A DNA stretch of 62,408 bases, filler included, from Globobulimina sp. (Eukaryota): the NCBI GenBank assembly GCA_003354225.1. It is 30 parts of 30 records of this genome, joined end to end, with 100 filler letters (N's around TTAATTAATTAA, not from the genome) between each part and the next. Parts side by side here need not be neighbours in the genome. Positions count along the whole stretch, not along the records: positions 1 to 1,985 come from PIVH01009990.1; positions 2,086 to 4,070 come from PIVH01009991.1; positions 4,171 to 6,155 come from PIVH01009992.1; positions 6,256 to 8,240 come from PIVH01009993.1; positions 8,341 to 10,325 come from PIVH01009994.1; positions 10,426 to 12,410 come from PIVH01009995.1; 24 more parts are not named here. One strand, 5' to 3'. Below the pieces are notes generated by a model that was given only the letters and a program-made list of their open reading frames with translations, was not told the DNA's origin and did no database searches. Of this stretch, positions 1 to 11,308 are shown in pieces (within the stretch, counting starts at the first letter, position 1; each line of letters opens with the position of its first letter). The position numbers were made by a program, and so were the translations under genes.

Positions 1-85
1 TTTTTAACGTTTTTGAATAGATTTTATTGTTACTTTAACTGGGCGTTTATTATTTTTAACGTTTTGACATTATTTCAACCATTTT
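1..85. repeat. Left arm of an imperfect inverted repeat (partner ~1157-1245), cut by the window edge
   Basis: The reverse complement of 1-60 (GTTAAAAATAATAAACGCCCAGTTAAAGTAACAATAAAATCTATTCAAAAACG...) aligns to 1185-1245 (GGTAAAAATAATAAACTACCCAGTTAAAACAATAATAAAATCGATTCAAAAAC...) with about 9 differences by manual alignment. Weaker similarity continues inward. Confidence 0.8.
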
Positions 86-92
86 TCCTCTC

Positions 93-116
93 TGCGCCCT
101 CATATATGAGGGCGCA
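93..116. repeat. Perfect 24-bp GC-rich palindrome/hairpin
   Basis: TGCGCCCTCATA-TATGAGGGCGCA is self-complementary, sits in AT-rich context and is followed by ATAGT. Confidence 0.95.
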
Positions 117-154
117 ATAGTCTTTTGTTGTATTAGGGCAGGGGAGGATTAATC

Positions 155-1153
155 ATACCTACCATAGAATATAAGGTACCTATCCCATAAACAGCTGTAC
201 CTGCCGCAGAATATATGGTACCTATCCATAAACAGCTGTACCTACTGTAGAATATATGACACCTATCCCATAAACAGGTGTACCTACCAAAGAATATATC
301 GTACCTATCCCATAAACAGTTGTACCTATTGTAGAATATATGGCACCTATCCCATAAACAGCTGTACCTATCAAAAAATATATGGTACATATTCCATGAA
401 TGTTGTACCTACCGTAGAATATATGGTACCTATCCCATAAATAGATGTACTTACCATAGAATGTATGGTACCTATCCCATAAACAGCTGTACCTACCAAA
501 GAATGTATGGTACCTATTCCATGAACGGGTGTTCCTACCATAGAATATATGGTACCTATCCCATAAACAGCTGAACATATCACATAATATATCCTACATA
601 TCCCATTAAATAGCTGTACCTACTGCAGATATGTGATATCTTTTCTATAAACAACTGTACATAAACTGTAGAATATATGGTATATATCCCATAAACAGCT
701 GTACCTACTGTTAGAATATATGGTATCTATCCCATAAACAGCTGTACCTACTGCAGAATATATGACAACTATCCCATAAACAGCTGTACCTACCAAGTAA
801 TATATGGTACCTATTCCATAAACGGTTGTCCCCAACATAGAATATATGGTACCTATCCCATAAACAGATGTACCTACCATAGAATGTATGGTACCTATCC
901 CATAAACAGCTGTACCTACCAAAGAATATATGGTACCTATTCCATAAACGACTGTACCTGCCATAGAATATATGGTACCTATTCCATAAACGGTTGTCCC
1001 CAACATAGAATATATGGTGTCTATCCCATAAACAGCTGTACCTATCATAGAATATATGGTGCCTATCACTGAATATATAGTACCTATCCCATAAACATCT
1101 TTTCCATAGAATATATGTTATCTGTCATATCCCATAAGCAGCTGTACCTACTG
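155..1153. repeat. 42-bp minisatellite, about 23-24 diverged copies
   Basis: Consensus approx. TACCTACCATAGAATATATGGTACCTATCCCATAAACAGCTG; GGTACC recurs at 175 and 217 (period 42). Degenerate around 575-660, with indels that shift frame. Confidence 0.95.
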
Positions 1154-1156
1154 ATC

Positions 1157-1245
1157 AAAATCGGGTGAAAATAAAGGCAAAAAAGGTAAAAATAATAAAC
1201 TACCCAGTTAAAACAATAATAAAATCGATTCAAAAACATAAAAAA
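1157..1245. repeat. Right arm of the inverted repeat flanking the minisatellite
   Basis: Inverted match to 1-85, beginning immediately after the last array unit. Confidence 0.8.
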
Positions 1246-1985
1246 TATAACAAAAATCGATTCAAAAGCTTTCAACTCAACAGAGAAGATTCTACCCTAA
1301 CAAGGAACAAAAGTTTGAAATAATAACGATGTGTAACAGAAAAGGCAAAACATTTGGTACAAAGAAGGTGAATAAGCATTGCTCTTGTGTAGTATAAACC
1401 TTCATCTCAAAGGTTAACATCCCACAGGATGACTTATCACAAAGGTTGTGATATAGATTATACAGGCAAAATATGTTTTTAACAAATATAAATACATAGT
1501 ATAGTTGTGAAACTGGAAGCTCACACCATACTTTTATATCCAACTAAACAGAGAAGAATCAGACATTCATATGTAGGTGTTATTCATTCTGTATCTTATC
1601 AACACCAGGTCCCAAGGAAAGGTGATATCCTTCGATCAATGCCGCATTCAAAAAACACAACCTTTTATGACAAATGGTGTGTAGGGAAAGCGTATAACCT
1701 TTGCTGATAAACGTTGAGTAGGAGTAGATTTTGCCATATATAAATCACAATCTTCTCTTCAAAAATATCAGCACTTTTGACCAAATGAAATATGTTTGTG
1801 TTGTTTGCGTGACGTCAATAAACACGTTTTTTTTTAGTTTAACAATCTTTGCAGCAAATCGCACCCGCATACCCAATTCTTTTCTCCCTTTGACATGAGA
1901 AGACCCTATATTTAATTATATGATAAAATTTGTTCTTCAATGATCTATGTTATTGTACTGCAGCCAATATCCTCTCATCGAATAT

Positions 1986-2085
1986 NNNNNNNNNNNNNNN
2001 NNNNNNNNNNNNNNNNNNNNNNNNNNNNNTTAATTAATTAANNNNNNNNNNNNNNNNNNNNNNNNNNNNNNNNNNNNNNNNNNNN
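1986..2085. other. Artificial contig-joining spacer (first of 29)
   Basis: 44 N + TTAATTAATTAA (stops in all six frames) + 44 N. The other 100-bp copies start at 4071, 6156, 8241, 10326, 12411, 14496, 16580, 18664, 20748, 22832, 24916, 27000, 29084, 31168, 33252, 35335, 37418, 39501, 41584, 43667, 45750, 47833, 49916, 51999, 54081, 56163, 58245 and 60327. Contig lengths fall monotonically from 1985 to 1982. Confidence 0.99.
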
Positions 2086-2838
2086 TAGTTAGTAGTAGTA
2101 GCCCTAACTTAAATAGTAAGTAATAGTATTACTAATTAGTCAAAAGCCCCAATTTCAATAGGTAGTACTTGTGGGGGGACCCGGGGACCCTCAGTTTCTT
2201 TATTTTGCGTAGGGGCAAATGCAAGGAATTGGGACAATGGTTTGTTTTCTATGATTGTTTTTGTATATTTTGTGAACAAATTAAAATAAAATAACAAAGA
2301 TTGGGATAAAATCAATGCGAAAAGAGCAGAAATTAAAGCAATTAAAGAGAAGAAAAGATTATCTAAATTACAGCAAGAAAGTGATTTGGAATTACGAAAT
2401 GCAAAAAAAAAAGAAACAGATAAAAAATTTAAAAATGCGCATGAAAAAAAACCGAAAAGAATGGCGTCAAAAGAGAGAGTGGGTACGGATTGGGATAAAA
2501 ATCAGAAACAGAGAGCAGAAATTCGTAGAATAAAAGAGAAGCGAAGACAGGAAAAAGAGCAAGGCAACAAAACAAAAGTCAAAACTGTATTTGGTAATCC
2601 GCACGAACAATAATGACATCATTGACCTGTTTGTTTGTCATATTTTATGTATTAAAAAAATTTTCATCTTTTTTTTTTGTATATTATTTTTTGTAGTAAG
2701 AGGTGCTGGGTTTTAAATTATTCATTTTTTTTTGATTGGATTTAGATTCAGTTGTACTTGTTATGACTGTTAGTAACCGATTGATAGATTGTGTTGACTC
2801 TGACAATATTATGTACACAAAACAAGGGTTTAATAATT

Positions 2839-3402
2839 CTATTTTTTCATCAGAAGATGGAACGCTTGTCCTTGTTCAAAAAGGGTTGATAGGGATTGAC
2901 GATCACAACTTGAATCTCCAATATCTCCATCTTTACTCCTGAACGTTCCATCTTTATTATAAAGAATACTTTCCTTAAATAAAGAGGTATACGTTGTTAC
3001 ATCACTTACTTGACTTAAATAGAATAATTTTTCATTAGAATATGGATCCTCACATTTAATTATATCCGGAATAGCATCAATTATTATTCTGGTTGATGAT
3101 GAAATCAACATATTATTTTCAACATAGCTTAATCTTTCTGTTAATGCACGTAATTCAGTCATTATTTCAGTTGCTTCATTGCCGCTACAACTGTCATTAT
3201 TGATATTATTATCTGTAAATGGTGATTGTTTAACAAATAATAAATAAATATTAAGCCCTATTGATACTGATAATATTACGCTGAATACAATGCCAATTAA
3301 TGCAATCCAAATACTGCCATGACAATGATTATGTGATAATATTAGCATTCTTTCATTTTGACCCTCCTTAAGCTGTGGGTCAATGTCTGAACACGTCGAC
3401 AT
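2839..3402 (-). CDS. Hypothetical single-pass membrane protein
   Basis: First ATG at 3402; one hydrophobic segment (IWIALIGIVFSVILSVSIGLNIYLLFV) followed by a short coiled-coil-like stretch. Confidence 0.65.
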   Translation of the reverse strand: MSTCSDIDPQLKEGQNERMLILSHNHCHGSIWIALIGIVFSVILSVSIGLNIYLLFVKQSPFTDNNINNDSCSGNEATEIMTELRALTERLSYVENNMLISSSTRIIIDAIPDIIKCEDPYSNEKLFYLSQVSDVTTYTSLFKESILYNKDGTFRSKDGDIGDSSCDRQSLSTLFEQGQAFHLLMKK

Positions 3403-3461
3403 TCTCACAATAAAAAGTTTTAGTGTCAAGCAAGGTTACTAGCAAGTTGAATGATACTTTA

Positions 3462-4070
3462 ATGAACAAGTGTCTTGACATTGTTGACAAACTGGGTGCT
3501 AATTTTACATCGCAATCAGCTCCAATGGACGATACCGACAATTTGATCACCATTGACCCCTCAGTCAAAAATTCCGGCAACAAACAAAGACTGGATATGT
3601 ACTCTTGTAATAAACGGTCAATAATTGTAAAAACTCCACAGCGTAAAGATACAAATGATTTCAAGGACGAGAAATCAAATGATTCAAAGGATGAGAAATC
3701 AAATGGTGATGATGATTATGAAATGGTTAATAATAATTATAATCAAAAAGTATATTTTGAGCCACAGGAATGGGAAATGTGTTTATTACATAGTTTAAAT
3801 GCATTATACCAAGAAAAGAAATTCTCGGAGGGTGATATGGATAAAATATGTAAGCGATTGGCACCAAATTCGATAATAAATCCACATAAATCAATATTCA
3901 AAACTGGTAACTATGACGCAAACGTATTGATGATGGCATTGGAAAATAATGGAGTCGATGTACAGTGGTTTGATTCTAGAAAAGCGAGCAAAGAATTACG
4001 ATTAAATGACACTTTTCTATGTCCACAGGACAAATATACAGAATTTAAAGGATTCATTTTAAACAATCCA
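3462..4070 (+). CDS. Josephin-domain deubiquitinase (JOSD1/2-like), 3' partial
   Basis: VYFEPQEWEMCLLHSLNAL (catalytic Cys motif), NPHKS, GNYDANVLMMAL and WFD match the Josephin family. Confidence 0.9.
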
Positions 4071-4536
4071 NNNNNNNNNNNNNNNNNNNNNNNNNNNNNN
4101 NNNNNNNNNNNNNNTTAATTAATTAANNNNNNNNNNNNNNNNNNNNNNNNNNNNNNNNNNNNNNNNNNNNATTGACAAAGATGTATGTAAGACAAAGCAA
4201 TGAATTAGATTTTAAGTGATGTGGCAAAACAGCATCGGAATTAATCAGCGTACCATTTGATAGGGTTTTAAATGTGTTATTATTCAAAAATATGTCCCGA
4301 TTGGATAAAATGATTCTTATTTCGATTGAAAAATATTGTTCAAAAAAATCAAAAATGGTATTATCAAAAAAACAATTTATGTTTTTATATACAAAGTTAT
4401 TACCAAAATGCAAAAATAAAATACCTATGAAACTTGGTAAGTGTGACAAATAAATTCGTGTTTACGTTTTTCCGTTTTACTATTAATGTTATTCATCTTT
4501 ATTTAGATAAATATAGCTTGTATTATTTCCAACAAA

Positions 4537-6038
4537 ATGTCTAGAGTTTCGAAGAGTTTTTTTTTAGATCTTTCTCATTTGTTTTGTATCAGTAGCATGG
4601 CGCTGCAAAATAGTACTCAAGGATCGATTGGGAAGAACATGATTTCTGAGCGCAATCCTATACAACATTTGCAAACAAAGTTGTGGGATTGTCCAAAAAC
4701 AGAAGCATTTACAAATATGAATAACTTTTGTGAACATTTTAATAAAGACTCTCAACACTTATTAGCAGAAGGTATATATTGCGATATTCCTATCCGATAC
4801 AAATAAAAATACTATAACTTAATTATAAAAAGGTGGTCAATCAAACATATACACATTTCTTTCAAGCAACAAACAAATGAAACAATTAGTGATCGGTAAA
4901 GAATATGATATATCCAACAGACAAAAATTAGAATCAGTTTGGAGGGAATATATTTTAATAAAAAATACAAAATTATTATTATACGATGACATATATTATG
5001 ACGAACGCCAAGGAACAGCAATGATAATATCAGAACCATTAAATTATACATTACGATATTACGTAGAAACGCTAAATAGAAATAACAACATTGCAGAGAA
5101 AGAATGTAAGTTAATAATATTAGATATAATGGACAAATTATATACAACCCATAAATGTGGTTTTATTCATAATGATTTGACGCCGGATAATATTATGTAT
5201 AAAAATGGCGATTATAGAAACGCTAATAATCACACTCAAAATGGTTGGAAAATTATCGATTACGGATTAATGTTAGCACTCCAGGATTGTGACCAGAGCA
5301 GATATAAATATTTGGGAACTCGCGCATGGACGTCGCCAGAAACTGTCCCAGATTCAAAACATAATCAATATTCATTGGGAAAAGGTAATGTAACACTTAC
5401 ATATATATCCGGGCTGTTAACACTTTTTTTTTGCAGCGAGCAACAATACAAACGCTTGAAATCTGTCGATGAACATGTACATGATTCATATTTTGCTTTT
5501 TCTTTGTTGCCATTGCGAAACCAAAGTGGATTGTTTCTGTTATACATATTATATACAAACATGTTTTCTTCTACGACAACTTTTTTTCATTTGTGCGACA
5601 AAATAAAAAGATATTTGGTCTTTGGGGCTTATTATTTTGTATATTTTAGGTGGGACACAACCATATTTATTGAGTGGCTATGAACAATCTGTGCTATGCA
5701 AAGGTGATAAAGATAACTATCAACAATATTTTTATTACAACAAATTATTACAAGTACCATTTAGTAATAATAAATTAAAAAGTAATAAATTTCGGAAATT
5801 TATGCGGAAACAATTTAAAAAATCATATGAAAGTGTTGGGAGCAAAAAAGAAATGGATTTTTCTGCGGGAGAATTATTTTTGAAAAAATATTTAATGAAT
5901 TTGTATGAAACAAATAAAATTTCATATGATTTGTGCAATTTATTAAGTAATTATGTCTTAGCGTTTGACCCAAAAAAAAGATTAAATTTACCTCAAATAT
6001 ATAAACATAAATGGTTCAATGATGTACGAAATTTATAA
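4537..6038 (+). CDS. Divergent Ser/Thr protein kinase, 3 exons (4537-4771, 4833-5384, 5611-6038), ~404 aa
   Basis: Splicing GT-AG introns 4772-4832 and 5385-5610 restores LLAEGGQSNIY and KDIWSLG. Also VIGK, HNDLTPDN, DYG, GTRAWTSPE and DPKKR. Confidence 0.88.
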
Positions 6039-6255
6039 TGTTTGTTAATTGTTAAAAATCAAATCATACTCAAATAATACATTGTAATGCGGATATATTC
6101 GGTTTGTATCGTCAATTATTTGAGTTTGAATTGCCTTGTCTTGTTTTTGTAGAGTNNNNNNNNNNNNNNNNNNNNNNNNNNNNNNNNNNNNNNNNNNNNT
6201 TAATTAATTAANNNNNNNNNNNNNNNNNNNNNNNNNNNNNNNNNNNNNNNNNNNN

Positions 6256-6476
6256 TGGGTTGGCGGTGTACCGATGGCTATGCTGCCGGTGTATATGCGA
6301 TCCAATGAGTTTAGTAAATCAATTCTTTGTGGTGCTGCGGTCTTAGCTAAAGTAAATGTGTTCCGCACTGAATATGATATTGGTGATTCTAATGTGTGTG
6401 GCGTTAAATCGATAGTTATACGCGAGTGTATGCAACTGACCAGGTACAAACTAATCAGTAAAATATTAGTTGGCAT
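6256..6476 (-). CDS. Pepsin-family (A1) aspartic protease, N-terminal fragment
   Basis: Signal peptide, propeptide, then YTGSIAIGTPP at the contig edge; the catalytic DTGS lies beyond the contig. Confidence 0.75.
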
Positions 6477-6757
6477 GGTTGCTATTAATGTTTTCGAAAC
6501 GGTAAAAAACTGAAAACTGTGTCAAAATGAAATATAATACCTTTGAGGTTGAACATGATGATGATATTTTTTGGACAAATTATTTATCCTTTTTTTAGGA
6601 TAAAATTATTTAGTAAAATAAATGGTACACATCTTAAAACTTAAAGGAAAAAAAAACACAAACTTTTTGGAAACAATGTAAAAGCACACATTCACCCATT
6701 TCATTTGCTAAATTTGCAAATATTAACGTACGCAACAAATACATCTCGATATATCCG

Positions 6758-7717
6758 CTAGTCATATCTCGGTATATGCAGACCTAATTCTTTTTGATTT
6801 GAATACGTAACAACCTTCATTTCAAATATTAATTCATCCCTATCCTCAATGACAAAATACGGAAACGAGTTTCTATTTTGTTTTGGTTCAACATTGGTAC
6901 AAACGGCAAAGAATTCAATATACCATTTTTGATATATATCAAAATGTTTTGTATCGTACAAAGGTGGTCCTTCAACACAAGAATGTAGAAATCCATGCTT
7001 CCGCAATTCAGAGATACCATTACATTCAATAAAGTGAGCAATATCTTTATTAAAATCAAACTTTTTGGTGAAATACTCCTTAAATGAATCTTCAATGGCT
7101 TTCCACCAAAATATGTGAGGAGGAATTTTTTTGAATTTTTTGCCAAATTTTATATATTTACTATGTTGGTTTTGCGATATTATTTTTTTATACACTTCTG
7201 GTAATTTATGTTTATGCACTTCAAATCCATCCAAATCAGCCATATCTTGCATGGCCATATCTTTTAAGGGCGATTCGACAATGATCTCAGCGCCTATTTA
7301 TAAATTATAATTATAACATAGCATCCTTGCACAATAATTAACAATACCTGAAAATGAAAGGCATTCGACAATAAATGCACGTGTTTTTCTATGTTTTTTT
7401 CTGCATTCTTTTGGTTGGAAATCGTAAATATTTAAATCTTCCACAATGTAATCGACTGTTAATTGTTTACTTAAATAAGCGGTTAAATCTATTGTGACCA
7501 TAAACGAAATAATAATATTTGCAATATCTTTTTGCAAACCACTATCAATTTCATGCAACAATTGTGGAATAATCTCAATTAATGGTATAATTTTAAAGTT
7601 TTCACGATCGCGATATAAGTCATATGCATCTTCACTTTCGTCTGAATCACCTGATCCTTTCCAGTGATTGTATGGATTTATGTAACTCACTGCATCAGAA
7701 ACACTCACAGTGCCCAT
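6758..7717 (-). CDS. Hypothetical protein, 2 exons (7717-7348, 7293-6758), ~301 aa
   Basis: A 54-nt intron 7294-7347 (GTATTG...ATAAATAG) joins the two listed ORFs in frame as SFSG-AEIIVESPLKDMAMQD. Confidence 0.75.
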
Positions 7718-7772
7718 GTTTCGTTTAGTTCAAAACTTTCTTGTGGAAACGGGCTTATTTCTTTCATCTTTA

Positions 7773-8208
7773 ATGTTCTTCATTTTGACTAACAATATTC
7801 GGGCAATTATCTACATACGATTGTTGTTACTATCTTTTATTGCAAATTGTATGTATTCTTGTTAGACATTCTATTAACTAATCTAAACACAAACATTTGT
7901 TGCTAATTGCACTTATGCAGCAACAGCCGAAATATTAACAACATCGGAAGTGCGCCAGGAACACAATGATCAGAATTCGTGGTCTGCATTTCTAACATTC
8001 TCTATCGCCGGTATTCCAATAATCAGTTAATTACCAATTTTATTGTGAAAAAAAATACGTTTCTTAAAAATATGTTATACAAAAACAAAATATAGTCACT
8101 CTGACAATATTATTCTGCATTGCCTGTGTGGCCACAAACTGTTCTTTATGGTGGTATTTCAAACATTTTGAGAGAGAAAATAAAGAATTGATGAAAGAAA
8201 ACATGTAA
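7773..8208 (+). CDS. Small type I membrane protein, 3 exons (7773-7848, 7921-8010, 8096-8208), ~92 aa; absent from the ORF track
   Basis: Two phase-1 GT-AG introns give a stop-free frame: signal-like N-terminus, short polar ectodomain, TM segment (AFLTFSIAVTLTILFCIACVATNCSLWWYF), charged tail. An alternative same-phase donor exists at 8026. Confidence 0.65.
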
Positions 8209-8534
8209 TTGGAACAGCAAGCCATGGCCAGTAATAATTGNNNNNNNNNNNNNNNNNNNNNNNNNNNNNNNNNNNNNNNNNNNNTTAATTAATTAANNNN
8301 NNNNNNNNNNNNNNNNNNNNNNNNNNNNNNNNNNNNNNNNCTCTACGTTTCTTAGCTGTTTTTTGTTAAAATAGATCTTCGCGTACGCACACAAAACGAC
8401 TTTTTATTTGTTCTTTCGAATTTTTGTACTTTATTGCGCCTTTACTCAAGTCATTTGAGTTTGTATAACACGACATATTATTTTAAGAACTAGATAATGA
8501 TTTAAGAGCATCCTGTCTTCACCGCATAGTATTA

Positions 8535-8889
8535 ATGTTTTACAACTCAAAAAAAAAAGTATGTCACTTCAACTGATCATGATTCTCAAGCATATACAAC
8601 TTGTGTTAGAAATTATATATTAACTCATGTTGTGATTGGAAATTGTGGATGTGGTATCGCTCAAAAATGGCGAATAACAATTACAAAATATCATTGATAT
8701 ATTGCTAATATTATACCAAACACATTTCAAATGCCACAAATGGGGTATTATGAGGTAATTATCGTTGGAACAGACACTTTCTATATGTTAACAATAACAG
8801 TTAGATATATCAATTACAGGTACCCTCAAACACATTTTTGTTTCACAGCAATAATCAAAACATGCGAATATGCGTATAATATAAAATAA
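8535..8889 (+). pseudogene. Possible decayed coding sequence
   Basis: About 110 codons in one frame with a single TGA (8695-8697) and a frameshift in the A10 run after the ATG. No family recognised. Confidence 0.3.
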
Positions 8890-9020
8890 AACTCAGTGCT
8901 ACAGTGCCTCAATTACAGTGCCTCGAAAATGCCATTGATGACAAGCGATGTTCACCGGGCCATATTACACGGCCTTAGCTAGGAATGGACCGTATAAAAT
9001 CTGTGTATATTTGATGAGCA

Positions 9021-9383
9021 ATGCAATGTGTATCAGAATGTTATGATTATAATACTTTATACGACGTCGAAATACATTCGCCAGTGTTGCACGGATTTAT
9101 TCCCCATTTTTATCCTTCAGTCGGTTCATTATATTTGAATATCGATGGCGTTTCATCCTCGAATATCAACGTTTGTAAAATCCGTCTTATTCATTTTAAA
9201 GATGGTATGCTCGGCAGATATGCGCCAGGGCAGATTGTGTGGATTGTTGGTGGCCAGATTCATATTACACACTCAACAAAACATGCGCTGATTTGTAATC
9301 TCACTCAAGATCAATATCCAAATGCATTTCAAACGGGTATGCAAGTAATTGATGAACAGACAATTTCTACAATTTTCTATTGA
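9021..9383 (+). CDS. Hypothetical protein (120 aa, beta-rich pattern)
   Basis: ATG-to-stop ORF with protein-like composition, surrounded by degenerate frames. Confidence 0.4.
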   Translation: MQCVSECYDYNTLYDVEIHSPVLHGFIPHFYPSVGSLYLNIDGVSSSNINVCKIRLIHFKDGMLGRYAPGQIVWIVGGQIHITHSTKHALICNLTQDQYPNAFQTGMQVIDEQTISTIFY

Positions 9384-9967
9384 ATATATCGAGTACGCAT
9401 TTACATGCATTGATATCTTGGCAAACTGATGTAATTCCTATGAAACAGCCAATGATATGCATGTGCCATGTGTCTATAGTTTGAAACTGCAATTTTTTAA
9501 CTGTTTAAACTGAACGAGACAAATTTTGTTGGTTTGTATGAAACTGAAAATATATTTGCATTTACATAGATATCGTAATACAAATGGATATCAACAAAAT
9601 GTATCCTCAACATCTGGCATTTTATAATTATCGCCAACTATTCGTACGATTTCAGTTTGAAGCTTAAGCTGAAAATGATTATAAAACATAACGGATATTC
9701 TTGTACAAAATAACAATTCAAAAATAATTATATTGCATTCATATTGTTACAATGAACACATTCATCCACAATTTCTGATAATATGCATCCGTACACAGTA
9801 TAATATGAGTTGTAAATGCTTGGAAATCAGATAAGATCATCTCACATTTTTAAACGACAATTAAATATAAACAAATTTGTTTGAAAAATGCATGTTTGTT
9901 GTTTAAAAATTGAGATTGTCAAACACCAAAACTTTACTTTAGTTTCAGGCAACAATTAGAACGAGAT

Positions 9968-10325
9968 ATGGACAGAAAACAGTCGCAAGAAAAAGAACCA
10001 CAATCAAAGGAACAAAGTCATCACAAAGAAAACAAGCAAAACGATGATGCCTCCAAACCATCCATCGATTTTGATATATTTTTAGAGAATAAAACAGATG
10101 AAGCGGATAATGAGAGTGATAAATGTAGGCATAAAGCAAATGAATGTCAACCGATAAAACGAGTGATTGGGGGGTTGATTTATTATGAAATATTAAATGA
10201 GCGACCAACTGCGAATAGCAGCGGACAGAGAATATTTAGCGAGTTTTTGTGTGAAATGTATGCAAATTATTTGGATGACATCGCTCATTTCGTGGTATCG
10301 CATGACGGCGATTTAGAATTAATAA
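9968..10325 (+). CDS. Hypothetical protein, 3' partial
   Basis: Charged N-terminus then a helical module CQPIKRVIGGLIYY...YANYLDDIAHFVVSH; open to the contig edge. Confidence 0.7.
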
Positions 10326-11308
10326 NNNNNNNNNNNNNNNNNNNNNNNNNNNNNNNNNNNNNNNNNNNNTTAATTAATTAANNNNNNNNNNNNNNNNNNN
10401 NNNNNNNNNNNNNNNNNNNNNNNNNATTAAAAAAGCATAGACTGCTCATTGTAATGGATAAAAAACTTTATAGTAGTCAACACTGGACATTTTGAACAGT
10501 TACATCAACTTATTGTCAAATCCGCGGATATATAAATAAAAAATATACAAATCATTCTCTTTTTTGTATTGGTTTGAAAACGGATTATCACGGAATTCGA
10601 ATATAATTAAATAAAAAAAAAAACTTAAAAACAGAAAACAAACACATAGGCATAATTAGATTGGAGCAGTTCATCTCGAAATGCATATTATAAATCTATG
10701 TAAAATTGAACAAAAAACAATTGATAATATATTGTATAAATTAATATGATGTTTAAATAAAATGTATATTCATTGGGTGATACGCTAAAAAGTATCATAT
10801 GTACTTTGTGGGCGAATTGTCGCTGAATGAATAATGTGTATTGGCATGCTTTTGATAATAATGTATCACAAATAATTAAATACACAATCTTCGATATACA
10901 ATGCCGTTTTTTTATTTATTTATTTCTATCAATTCTCACATACCATATTCTGTATAGTTAACAGCATAAATTAAATTGGCACAATATCATAATTTATAAA
11001 AAAATAAATAGAAAAATGAATTTGTATCAGAACTCATCGGGGTGCTATCATTCACATTGTAGTGTGTCGTAAGTAGCTGATTCAATGATCTCTCATCATT
11101 CAAAATGCACAAATATAGAATATATAATATATAATATACACACCATAAATAAATCAATATTACCGTCGAAGCTCATCATCAAAAAACACTGACACATAAA
11201 TACAGGCATAGCCATACCATATAAATCTGTATATTGTAGCAATATTAATGTTGTGAATTTGCCTTCAACGATCGTATAGCAAAAAACATTGTGATCCAAA
11301 ACTTTGCA

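Noticed and set aside
133..1072. Repeat-derived ORFs as real genes
   Set aside because: Several overlapping frames are open only because the unit is 42 bp; indels switch frames and most starts are non-ATG.
155..1153. CRISPR array
   Set aside because: Units are contiguous diverged copies with no unique spacers, and there are no cas genes; context is eukaryotic.
134..1299. TAGGGCAG ... CTACCCTA as hAT terminal inverted repeats
   Set aside because: Only 7 of 8 bases match and the flanking 8-mers (TGTTGTAT, ACAAGGAA) are not a target-site duplication.
2030..2041. TTAATTAATTAA as a biological motif, and ORFs ending in X-runs or LIN
   Set aside because: Identical linker centred in every N block; an assembly-concatenation artefact.
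2315..2613. Lys/Arg-rich ORFs
   Set aside because: Two overlapping low-complexity A-rich frames with no recognisable motif; possibly a frameshifted remnant, but unsupported.
4171..4449. Minus-strand 108-aa ORF
   Set aside because: Non-ATG start, and the opposite strand is similarly open; cannot decide which, if either, is coding.
9021..9383. OB-fold/telomere-binding protein call
   Set aside because: Only a vague beta-strand pattern; no diagnostic residues.
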